Shown here: in pieces, positions 43,501-54,756 of the stretch | Layout: each line of letters begins with the position of its first letter | Position numbering within the stretch: position 1 is the first letter of the stretch | Source: Geosiphon pyriformis uo1 | Taxonomy: Eukaryota > Fungi > Glomeromycota | Direction: 5' to 3' | Assembly (NCBI GenBank): GCA_016748015.1 | Contig: JAAOMT010000503.1 | Span: forward strand, 521,669-585,668 | Length of the DNA stretch: 64,000 nucleotides | The notes under the pieces: generated by a model | The model's input: the letters and a program-made list of their open reading frames with translations, nothing else | Database searches by the model: none | Told to the model about the DNA's origin: nothing | Translations under genes and position numbers: made by a program

Positions 43501-46500
43501 AAGTTCCTGGTTGCCAAGATAGTTAAATGTCTGACCTCTGCTAATACTTCTGGTTTTGATTGATTTGTGAAGAGATGGTCAGCTCTAGATGCTAGTAAAA
43601 CTCTTGTTCTAGAGAACATGGTTTATGGTAGCCAAAAAATGGAGAACCTTCTTAGTTATTTGTCACTTGTCAAAAAGGAGTACAGAAAATCCAAGATGTT
43701 TGAGTCAAAGTTGTTACAAGAGGCTGCTATCAGAAAGACTATTGAGAAGTGTATGAAATGATTTTGCTCAGACAAGAGGAGTATGATTAGGAGTGTTCTG
43801 AATCAGCCATCTCGAAAAGTGGTGTTGGATCACTTGGTAGTTGATAATAAGTTGATATTGGAGCCAGAGAAGGTCAAGTCAAGTGTTGACAAGATTATGG
43901 AGGGTTGGACATAGAAGTGTGTAATGTCTATAGTGCTGCCTAATTTCTAGGCTCGTCAGTATGCATCTTTGAACTATGTTAGAGATAAAGCCTTTTCTAG
44001 TGTAATGAATATAATTAGCATAAGTGAATTACTTTCGGTTACTAATAGTTTTCCTAATGGCAAAGCTGCTGGCTTGTCTGGCATTCCCAATGAACTTTGG
44101 AAACATGGTTGTGGTAAGGTGTTGGAATGCTTTTTGGTGTTGCTAAATGTATGCTTATCTGTTGGCATGGTGTCTGCTTTTTGGAAAAGTGCGTGGGTCT
44201 TGATAATCTCTAAGCCTTATGATTGGGATAGAGTTCTTACAAACACTCAACCTATTGCTTTGATTGAGACTACCAGAAAGATTTTGTTTGATCATATCTT
44301 TTTGGCTTGTAGTAAATTTGGTGTTCTCCAGGGTAATAATTTTTCAGTACTCCAAAGTACTTTTACGCAATCTTCAGTGTTTGCGGTTGGTTCAATTGTG
44401 GAGAATGCTCTTGAAAAAAATAGGGAAATTTGGTTGGTTTTGCAAGATATGCAGAAGGCATATAATTCTGTTGGTTGGCCTTACTTGAGAACTAGTTTGC
44501 AGTGCATCAAAATGTGTAAGAGGTTTATTGAGTTTTTTGGAAACATTCATGAGGATAGAGTTAACAGGGTGATGACTGATTTTGGCTTGTCAGATGGCTA
44601 TAGTATACATGATGGATTGGACCAGGGTGAAGTTTTTTCGCCTCTCTTATGGAGGATTTTCTATGATCCACTCTTATGTGAAGTGAAAAGACATTAGCAT
44701 TTGTGTGAATACTGTGTTAATTCTAAGTTTGTTGCAAAAACAGGCAGAGTTGAGGGTGTGAGTGGGATGATGTCTTACTTGGCAGCTGGTGCATTTGTCG
44801 ATGATATGATTTGGATTGGAAATTGTCAAGCCTCCACTTAGTACGCTCTGAACATTGCCAGTGAGTTCTTTGAAATCAATGATATTTCTATCAATAATGA
44901 TAAGATGGTGGCTATTCCCATTAACCAGAGTGTTAGGGTTGCCTTTTTGAGTATTTGTGGTCAGCCAATTTCAATTGTTAAAAAGGGTGAAGCTCATCAT
45001 TATCTGGGTATTTTCTTGTCTACAGAAAGTTTGTCTAAACTTAGTGTGTCCAAAGCTCATTCTGATGTTCATTTTTTTGTTAATGTCATGCTTAGGAAGA
45101 CTATCACAGATAAACAGTTTTCGTATTTGGTCTCAGCTGTCTTGTAGCCTATTGTTAGTTACCAGACTCAATTTAGTTTTGTTTCATCTGGAGTTTGTCA
45201 CAAATGGAATATCATGGTGTTACCAGACGAAATTAAAGATATTATTTAGCATGAAATTATCTTTATAATTCCTATCATTAATTAGCATATATTATCATTT
45301 TAAATTATCACTTATTACATTAGCAAAATGTCCGAAATTATCATTTAATTAATAACCCAATTTGTACATAACACAAATGTAACCTAATTGTGATGATCAA
45401 TTATGCAATACCCCGAACTATGTAACATTCAAAAAGTTTGCCAAAATTTGTAGAAATTCGCCGAAATAATTGATAGTTCACCAAAATATCTAATAGTTCG
45501 CAGAAATAACTTGGAGTTCACTGAAATGTATCTTTAGTTTAACGAAATTGTAGAAAATAGCAAAGTTCAAGTTCATAGAATAGTGTTATGACAAGTTGTA
45601 TAAAAGAAAAGCTTCTCTCTTCGAGAAAATATATCTTACTTCAGATTTAACAATTAGAATCATCCTTTATACACAAAAACAAAATAAATATCAAATAATT
45701 CGAAAAGCCAAATTCTTAATTATTTCCCCTAAAATTAACCAATTTCTATTAACAGTTTGAAATTGACTAGCTACCAATTTCAGTAAATTGTTAAAGCACT
45801 TCCAGGCCTGAATCCAAAACAACTTCTATAAATTAGTTCTTACTTTTCTTTTATATTTCTTTTATTTTCTTTTTTTCTTATTATAAATCATTTGAGTAGT
45901 CTACAGACAAGAATTCCTGTAAAAGAGTTGACTTTCACAGTAAAGTAACTACACATTTTAGTGAGCTTCCAAACAAGCATTTCCTGAAAAAGAGTTGACG
46001 TTTACTACAATGTAACTATACAAAGTAACTGGCACAGAATTGGCCATTCCACTCATAAGCCCAGCAGTTTAAATTATAGGAGATAATTTGAAGATAAATT
46101 CAGTTATTGGAGGTTCAACCACATTCAGAAAACGTGAATTTATAGCAAACAGGCATCAATAACCATTTAGAAAAGAGACTTAAAACCTCCAGTAACAATA
46201 GTTAGAAAGGGTCTTAAGTCCAAAGCTGGTTTGCTTCATGATTTTCCAGATGCTGCCTTACATCACCCTTCTTTGTATGGCTTGAAAACTTTTGAACAAG
46301 TGCAATCTAAAGAGAAAATTGCTGCTTTGGTGTTCTTTTCTAATGCCTCAGGAGTTCTTGGGTGTTTGTTTAATTATAGGTTTTTAGACTTGCAGGTTCT
46401 TGGTTGGGCTCCTCTGGATCTTTTGCAGTTTCCTGTCAAGCTGCATGTTAGTCCAGTCAACAACTTTTTGGCTGGGATTGCAAAGATTTTTTTGAGTAAT

Positions 46501-48302
46501 GAGCTTTCTTTGGCTAACAACCTTCCCAATGCCTTTTACAGTCCAGGTCGTTTTCCACTTTCATCAATTCTAGGTAGTTCTGTGTATTTTAATTCTGTTC
46601 ACTTTCTGAAGCATTTTGGGATTGCTTTTGGTAATCAGTTTTTGGATAAGAGAGACCATGTGCTAGATTGGAAGACTTTTTATTGTTGGAAGAGGTTGGA
46701 CCCATGGGGCCCTGTGCCATGCTGGTTTTTGGTCGCATCCGAGTTTATGTTGGCTCAGAGCTTTTCTGCTTTCAGTTCTGCTAATTTCACTCAGTCTGTT
46801 AATACGAACATTTTAGATTCTGATGTGTTTTCTCTGGTAAAAGGTGGGTTGCATGATATCTGGTCTAGTTGCTTTGAGATATATACTGATAGATCTTTGA
46901 GAAATGCTGGCTTGGTTGATATTATGTATGGTGCTGCTGCATATTTTCCGGTTTTGGATAAGAGTGTTGGTGTTGTGGTTAGTGGTCTATTATTCTCTAC
47001 TCTGGCTGAGTTGCAGGCTGTTGCATTGGCTCTTAAGTGTGTATCTTTCTCTTGTCGAGTGATTTTACATATTGATAGCCAAGCTGCTATTGATGCCTGC
47101 TTGTCAGAATTTTCTTGTGCTGTTCCTGATTTTCATAATCGATGCTGGTTAGAAAGATGCCATATTTTTAATTTGGTTAGGGAAAAAGATCTCGAGATGG
47201 TTTGGGTTAAGGTCAAAGGCCATTCTGGCATTTCAAGTAATATCAAGACTAATTTGGCAGCTGGAGAAGCTGCTCAATCTTCCTTTTCTTTGTTGGCAGG
47301 AGTTCATGAACATTATTTGGTGGCTGAAAACACAGTAATCTCTGACAATGTCTGCTATTTTGTAAGGGACATTTTTCGGTCTATTAATTGTGCTCACTAA
47401 GAGGCTGGGCCTGGTGTGGGTGTGGTACCTGTTAACTTAATTGGGTATGTAGACTGGATTTCTACTGCGAAGGTTTGGCATCTGGACTCTCATATGCTTA
47501 CTAGATTCACTGGTTAGAAAACTTCAAACTTGCACTCATATTTGATGAAGGCTGTGCACAGGCATCTTCTTGTAGCTGTTCGGAAAAAACTGTATGATAA
47601 GGGCTATCCTGGCATATTGTGCCTGCTGTGTGGTGAAGTAGAATTTTCTGACCATGCCTTCACGTGCTCTCAAGATGGTGTTATTCATAATGAGGTTCTG
47701 GTTGAGGCTTCTGCTCATTGAGTTTTGGTGGCGGGTCTTTGTGACTTGTCATTTTCGGCTGTTTTGCAGATGTTGTCTGCCTGTTTTTTGAATGTTGGTT
47801 TGTATTCTATTGTGTGTAAATGTTTTGTGCTGAATAATTGGTGCAAAGAGGCTCAGGGTGTATTTGATAATAAAAAGCAGGCTATTGGTGAGGTTGTCAA
47901 TTTTGTTAAGTTTGTAGCTGATTTACATTGTGTATGAGTGTAGTTGGTGAGGTCTGAACATAGGGTGTGGATGAAGAAGGCTGGTTTGGTTGTTGATGGT
48001 AGAGTTGTTTCTGGTCTGTTTCATGATGTTTCTTCTATGTTGTCGGGTGGAGTGGTTAGAATGCTTGGTGTGATCGAATCATTTGCTGTTAGCTTTGGTC
48101 GTCATTTGCCATGCTGTTTTTTTTCTAGTCTAAGTGATGTTGTTAGTGTCATTATAGGTGTATAGTGTTGCCTTGACTGGCCTGAGTGGCTAGCCATATG
48201 TAGTAAGTGTGTAAATTGCATTTAATTTGGGTCACTTAGTTTGATTTTATGTACTAGATAGCAGTTGGGCTTCACTTAATAAAAGCAGAATAAAAAAAAA
48301 AA
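40536..48302 (+). mobile_element. L1-like LINE with RNase H, full length, decayed (copy C); ORF1 40656-42520, ORF2 42517-48165, interrupted at 45218-46197
   Basis: ORF1 RRM plus CGKCGHFGH. ORF2 FATCNV, GGNFNE, QPIALIE, QGEVFSPLLWRIFYDPLL, FVDD, IYTDRS, KVKGHSG, CLLCGEVEFSDHAFTC. Conserved 3' UTR and poly(A) at ~48290-48302. Confidence 0.93.
45218..46197. mobile_element. Solo-LTR-like insertion, 980 bp (TGTTACCAGA...CCAGTAACA), in ORF2 of LINE copy C
   Basis: Splits CHKWNIM|VRKGLKSK. 4-bp TSD ATGG/ATAG. Internal direct repeats AAAAGAGTTGAC...GTAACTA. Related copies at 55749-56707 and ~54410-54756. Confidence 0.85.
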
Positions 48303-49479
48303 GATAATAATTTTTATTATTAATTATATATATTAAAATAATAATAAAATTAAATTTTTATGTTTATAATTACAAATTTAATTATTATTTTGTTTTTTTT
48401 AATTAATATAGCAATTGTATTTAAGTAGTAATTGGGCTGCACTTGTAAAAACTCTAAAAAATAACAATTAAAAGTTTTAATTTATTAAACTTAAAAAAAA
48501 AAGCTTTAAAGTTTTATTATTATTTATATTATCAAAAATAATGGTAGTAAAATTTTTAAATAATTATAGAATTAAATACAAATTTTTTATAGGGTTATAT
48601 TATTTATAATTTTAAAATTATTTAATATATTTGAATTAATATAACTAATTTTTTTATAAAAGTATTGTTTAATTTACTAATATTTACATTTTATTATTAC
48701 TACTAGTTTTATTGTTTATTTTGCTATTTTATAATTTAGACACAATAATAATATTAAATTTTAACACATTGATAACCAAAAAACTAATAAATAAATTAAT
48801 AGTTTCAATCTTAAAAACAAGTTTTTTAGTCTTTTTATTAATATTTTTATAGATATAGATATTTTTTTTTGGTATTAAAGCAACTTTTTATTTTAGTTTT
48901 ATCTAAGTTTAAATTATTAACAAAAAAACTTACCAGATTTATTGTTACAAATAAAAAAAATAATTTACAAAAAAAACAGAATAAAAAAAAAAAAAATTTT
49001 TTTTTAATTTTTTTGGCTTTTGTTATGATCAAAAAATTAGCTATAATTATTAAAATTAATTATTGTTTTTTAACAATCTTATTTTTTTGGTTACTTAAAA
49101 AATAACAACAAAAATTGCTAAAAAAAAAAATCAAAGTTTTAATATAAATTTGTTGTTAAAAATTTTAGCTAAATATTAAATTTGTTTTTTAATCGTTTTT
49201 ATTATTAAAAAAGTTTTTTTTTTCTGTTATTTTTTAATTATATTAGCAAAAATAATTGTTGTTTCTTTTTTTCTAAATGTAAACATAAAATTACAAAACC
49301 AAAAGTAATATTTTTTAAGTTTAAAAAAAAAAACAATATACATAAATAAAATTTTTTAATTTAAAGCAACTTAATTTTAATAATAAGAATTCAAGTTTAA
49401 AACTGACTTTTTCTTGAATACCTGGTAAAATAACCTTTGAAATCGAGCCATTGAGATAAAGCCTTCTTACAAATCTTGA

Positions 49480-49493
49480 TAATGACGTCATTA
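49480..49493. promoter_or_regulatory. Perfect 14-bp palindrome TAATGACGTCATTA (CRE/ATF-type bZIP site) just upstream of NCS2
   Basis: Read directly; ends 54 bp before the ATG at 49547. Function is inferred only. Confidence 0.4.
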
Positions 49494-49546
49494 ATCCACC
49501 GGTTTTGTTACAGCATGCCACACATATAAAACTACTTCCTGCAAAC

Positions 49547-51718
49547 ATGTGTAGTATTGACGAGGAACCAATATTGGCCAAAGGTATCTACTCAAAGTTT
49601 GATATTTTATAATGGCAGTTTCAATAAGAATATCTTTTTTCATATAGAAAAGGTGAATGAATTATCTTCAATTAAGCAATGTATAAAATGTAAAGCAGCA
49701 AAAGCAACAATTTTGATACGGCATTCTACATATTGCAAGTAAGAATAGGACTGGAAGAGTTTTAAACATGATTTTATGAATTAGTAATGGAAATTTGAAT
49801 CACATTGTAGACCATGTTTTCAACACGTTTTTGTCGGGAAATTTCGAAAAAATATGGAAAAATCCCACTTGATCCAAACCCCTTCTGCTGATAAAGCTAT
49901 GATAGCATTTTCTGGTGGTCCGTCATCAAGGTGAATTTAAAAATTGGGTCTTTTATTTTTACAAATAATGATTCTCAGATTTTCAAATTAATCTTGTGAT
50001 ATGGATATTGTAATTATTTTTGCGATTTCGGGACGTAATGCCAAATACCATGTTTTATGACCTTTCATTGATCTTTTCAAGATGCATGCTTCAACTTTTG
50101 CATGATTATTGTGAACCTTTACCTCATGAGATATCAAAGAAGAGAGTTTTTTCCTCCATTGAAGTATGCCACGTTGATGAAAGCATAGTTTTTCAAGCAC
50201 AGGTTTATTCACGGGCGATCTTTTGAGTATACTTTGCCTTTCGGTCGGTATTTTCTCTGAATACTTTATATATTGAAATCCAATAGGAGCACACAGTAAA
50301 GAAGATCGAAAAGATTACACAACAATATGGGTATCATTATATAGGTTTGCACTTGGAGGATATCTTCTCGCCAGAATTTACTCCTAGTGGAACTTATAAT
50401 AATCTTGTTGAAATCACTTTTGATGATTCTAAAAGGACCCAGGCGAATGGTTTATTTTCAAATCTAATATTCAAGCTCTTATTTTTCCTCTGAATTGACT
50501 TCATTCTGTTCACATGAATCAAAACTAAATCTCTCTTTTTAGAACTCATGTCAAATCTGCATCAAGAGAATTCACTTTCTAATGCAGAAAAATTACGATC
50601 TCTTTTTGAGAATGTCTCCAAGTTTACATCAAAAGAAGACTTTTTATGGCATTTAAAGTTGAGTCTGTTAATACAAGCGGCCAGGAAAAGAGGGTAATCT
50701 GATATGATCACGAAAATTTAAAGTTACCATATGACGTTTTTCTCTGGCTAAATATTCTTGACAAAATTTATCTTAGTTGCACTAGGCTATTTATGGGTGA
50801 ATGTTCGACTCGAATTTCGATAAAAATCATTTCATTGACAAGCAAAGGTCGAGGATTCAGTCTCCCATTTGAAATAGCCGGAGAAAATGCTTGGTTTGAA
50901 GGTTTGCATATTTATCTGATAGTTAAGCTGGAGAAAAAGTTGCCACGTTCTAAATATCAAATAATTTTTTAGATATAATAATCTTAAGACCAATGAAAGA
51001 TATGCTTTCCAAAGAAATTGGAATATATAATCGATTTTTAGGATTTGACACGGTAATAACATTGAATTTTACATCCATGAAGCCAGCGAGATCTAGCATT
51101 GAGAAATTGACAGAAGGTAGAAATCATCATGTTGAATTTTGTTTTTACTATATTTTTCTCAAATATCAGTTGCTGAAATTTTTACTAGATTTCATTATCG
51201 GTTTGGAAAAAGAATATCCTTCGACGGTAAGTACCATCTTTCGGACAGGTTGCAAATTAACACCATCCGAATCGACTGATCCAGAACAGATTTGTGCACT
51301 ATGCATGATGTATGTAAAATCATCAAATTTACACAAATATTAGCTTATTAATTTCTTAATTGAAAATTCTAGGCCTTATCAGAAGGGTGTCAAAGATTGG
51401 CAAAACCGAATTACAGTTCACGCGAGAGAATTTTATAACTCGCAAGCTTTAAAACAGATGTCAGATTTACCCTCAAACTCCACTCTTTGTAAGAACATAT
51501 TATGTTTGTCAAATGATTGTTGTGCCTCGAACTATCTTTTAGGCCAGCATTCATATGATATTTCCAATTCTTTATGTTATGGATGCCTGGTAAACATGCG
51601 AGATATCAAGAAGGTAGAGTTACCTCCTTATGTAGCCGACACATTGGAAAAAGCAAACTTACGGAAAAATTTGAGAAATCAAATTAAAGACTTTTTATTG
51701 GATGATGAGGAGGATTAA
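49547..51718 (+). CDS. NCS2: Cytoplasmic tRNA 2-thiolation protein 2 (Ncs2/CTU2), multi-exon
   Basis: CIKCK..YCKPCF, AFSGGPSS, CHVDES, TSKEDFL, GECSTRISIKIISLTSKGRGFSLP, RPMKDMLSKEI, EKEYPSTVSTIFRTGCKL, CALC and LCYGC motifs across GT..AG introns. Confidence 0.9.
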
Positions 51719-51813
51719 TTTTCACAACCACCGATTTATAAATGAATCGTACTTCAGTTAATAAATTTAGAATTAATTCGAATTGGTTTGGTGAATGATA
51801 TTGTTTATTTCTA

Positions 51814-53130
51814 TTAATAGACTGCTTTAATTTGGCTGGCACAATCACATAAACTGTTCGGATGGATTATTTCCTGCATGGTCACTGTAGGACAAGGATC
51901 CATCACAATCCCACAATCCCGGCAGTTGGACATCTTGGACCCTGCGATTCTTTGGATGTTTCCACATTGACTACAAGTCTCAGATGTGTAAGCTTCGTTC
52001 TGGAACCCCTAATTCCTCGGCTTTGGTAATCAGACGTTGACGAAATCGATAGTGCGCCCAGCATAGCACCTTTCTAACTGTTTTTCGCGTGATTTTTTTC
52101 GTTTGTCGGTTCACCATGTCCGATACCTCAAAGGGACGTGAGTGAAAAATGTGACAGCTTTTCTGTGTATTTCTGTCGGCAAAGTCTAAGATCTTTTGAC
52201 GCAACACCCAATCGCCTTTCCTAATTTTCTGGCTTTAGTTTTCTTACGTATTTAATTTATCTCTCTTTGAGCAAATATCATCCATAAATTTGCAGAGGCG
52301 AACAATACGACTGATGTCGCAAGAGCCTATTTTGGCTACACCTTTTCTTTGGAAATATCATGTAAGTGGAGCACGAATACCAGGATCTATTAAGATTGCA
52401 TGAACAGGGTCATTCGCTTGAGTTTCACAGAGCCGTTTTTGCGTCTCGCGTTCCCAGGCAAACTTCCATTCATTAGGTTTGCGATAGTAAGTGAGCTTAC
52501 CACCACATGTGATCTTGTGTTGATTGGACCATTTGTTATTTTTAAACTTATTTTTAAGGTGGAGAGGCCATAATACATGTTTATCCTTAAAATTAAAGAA
52601 TAAGAAATGGCATAAAAACGACATAAATAATGATATAAAACAATTTAATAAAAAATAAAAACATAAAAAGTTATTATCTTTACCTTGTGTCAATGTGCAT
52701 ATGCATCTATTGCTAGAGTGTGAATGTAAGATATATAGAAGAAATTCGAAGGTAACTCGGCGAAGTTCTGAGCACGAATTGTTATGTTGTGATGTAATGC
52801 CTTACGAGATTGAAAAGAAGGATGTGTTGTCGCTGTGCATTACGTTTAATCACTTCCTTTTGCGCAACCAATACTTGATGAATCGCTTCGTCTGTGATGT
52901 TGGTGGGAGCTGAGCCTAAATAACCTCTTGAGAGCATGCCAAGATGGACGATGGCTTTGCAAAATTTTCTTTCAGCCCAGATACCTGAAACATCATCCAA
53001 AGGAGGATTTTTTGTTGAAGTGTCCTAGGTTTTAACCATCCTTTTTCCGTGATACCATATTATTTCATAAGGATGCGACGACTTTTGCTCTATCTTACCA
53101 CAGTATTAAAGGCAAATCTCGCCAAAGCAA
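51814..53130 (-). pseudogene. Disrupted Fanzor (eukaryotic TnpB family, Fanzor2/IS607-TnpB-like) RuvC nuclease gene
   Basis: In order on the minus strand: LARFAFN (~53125-53105), ITIRAQN, RuvC-I ILIDPG (Asp 52387-52385), PFEVSDMV..RKTVRKVLCWAHYRFRQRLITKAEELG, QNEAYTSETC (Glu 51996-51994), zinc finger CSQC..CRDC, VMD. Frameshifts and stops are present, and the RuvC-III DRDxN motif is missing. Confidence 0.85.
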
Positions 53131-53883
53131 AAAGAGGATCTTGAGCGATAAAACAACTTCTCGACATATGAGCTTGTCAGCAATGTCGGCTCTGAGGTCA
53201 ACTTCAAGTGCCAGGGCTTAAGACCCTAGTGGAACGATCGAGCCAAGGTGCTGTCTCGGAGGTTGCTATTACTCACTGTGATTGACTCTGCCTATTTGCC
53301 TTTTACTTCTGATGGGCACAAATTCTTCCAGGATATTCTCGCCATCAACACAATCTTCATCTGTCGCATGCAGGGAAGAAGAGCTTCTCGCCACTGAAGA
53401 GAACGCAGGAACAAAAAAGCACAAGGGAAAGGTATTGATCTCTTATTTATAATGCTTCATAATTCTACTAGCTCAGAATGTAATTCTCCCTTCTGTAAGG
53501 CTCGAGTCAACTCTTCACAATTTACATGAACCAGAAAAATTTATCTAGGGAAACATACCTTCTTACTCTCTATATAATCTGAATCCGTTTCACTTTCTGA
53601 TGTTGAAATCGGACTTTCTGCATATGATAATGGCTTTCTCTTTCTAAGTCCCCTACTAGTTGTCAATGATGGATCTGCTTTGTCTGACACAGTTCCGGCT
53701 ACAAAGTTTCCGTCGTAGATATTTCGCTGTTTGGTGGAGATGCACTTGCTTAGATTGACAATTCTTTTCCCATGTTTTTGCTGATTTATGAACCCTCGAA
53801 TGAAAGATCCGAACAATTAACAATATTCTCAAATTAACATATGTTTTTATTTCTCATCCCATCTGAACATCAGTCAAACGAAA

Positions 53884-54190
53884 AATTTATCTGCGCCAGA
53901 TGGGTCCAATGTTGGGTCATCGAAAAGATTTGAACAGCAGCCCGACGAAAAGTTTGACTGTGCCCCAACACCAGTTTGTGGCATGACGAAAAGTATTTGA
54001 ATGCAACGAAACGAAAAGTTTCCCTGCACGCCACTTAATTTTTATCAGCGCCAGATGAGTCCAATGTTGGGCCATCGAGAAGATTTGAACAGCAGCCAGA
54101 CGAAAAGTTTGCCTGTGCCCCAACACCAGTTTGTGGCTCGACGAAAAGTCTTGAATGCAACGAAACGAAAAGTTTCCCTGCACGCCACTT
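53884..54190. repeat. Tandem duplication of a ~154-bp unit, each with 4 CGAAAAG-type motifs and internal inverted repeats
   Basis: Units 53884-54036 and 54037-54190 are nearly identical. Motifs start at 53921, 53946, 53987, 54012, 54076, 54101, 54142 and 54166, with a variant at 53879. Confidence 0.92.
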
Positions 54191-54409
54191 AATCATGTTC
54201 TTAACAAAAAAAAGTTTTCTTGCCTCTCTATAGCGATTCAGAAGAGATTTTGCCTTTTTTTGTCTTCCTTCTTCGTCACTTTATTCTGTTTTATCCTCTG
54301 CTGAATTTAGCATAAATGCCTTTTAATGTTAATCATGAATTTTCTAAAGTAGTGATGGTTTTTGAGTTGAGTATACAGGTAAATTGCCTTAATTCCCGAT
54401 GAATCCGCT

Positions 54410-54756
54410 AACAATAATTTACTAAGCTTTTTCTAATATTTTGATGAATTAAATATACATTCAGCAAACTACAAGTTATTTTAGCAAAATATCAAGTATT
54501 TCAGTATATTTCGTCAAATTTCTAAATATTTGGCAAATTCTTGAATGTTACATAGTTTAGAATATTGCATAATTTGATTATTATATTTAGTTATACTTGT
54601 ATATTATACAAATTGAATTATTAATTGAATAGTAATATTTGATACTTTAATTAAATAATAAATAATAAATTGAAAATAATATTATATATTAATTGATAAT
54701 AAAAATTATTAGGGTAATTTTATGCTATTTAATAATTAAATTTTTGCCTGATAATC
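54410..54756 (-). mobile_element. Partial degenerate copy of the 45218-46197 element (left end, inverted)
   Basis: Reverse complement matches 45218-~45540; e.g. TTGAATGTTACATAGTT here vs AACTATGTAACATTCAA there. Confidence 0.7.

Noticed and set aside
54053-54085. Hammerhead-ribozyme-like CAGATGAGTCC...GGGC
   Set aside because: The core deviates (CAGATGA rather than CTGATGA; no GAAA after stem II), and the other unit deviates further.
53879-54190. CRISPR-like array of CGAAAAG motifs
   Set aside because: The repeats are too short, the spacing is irregular, the 'spacers' are duplicated between units, and there are no cas genes.
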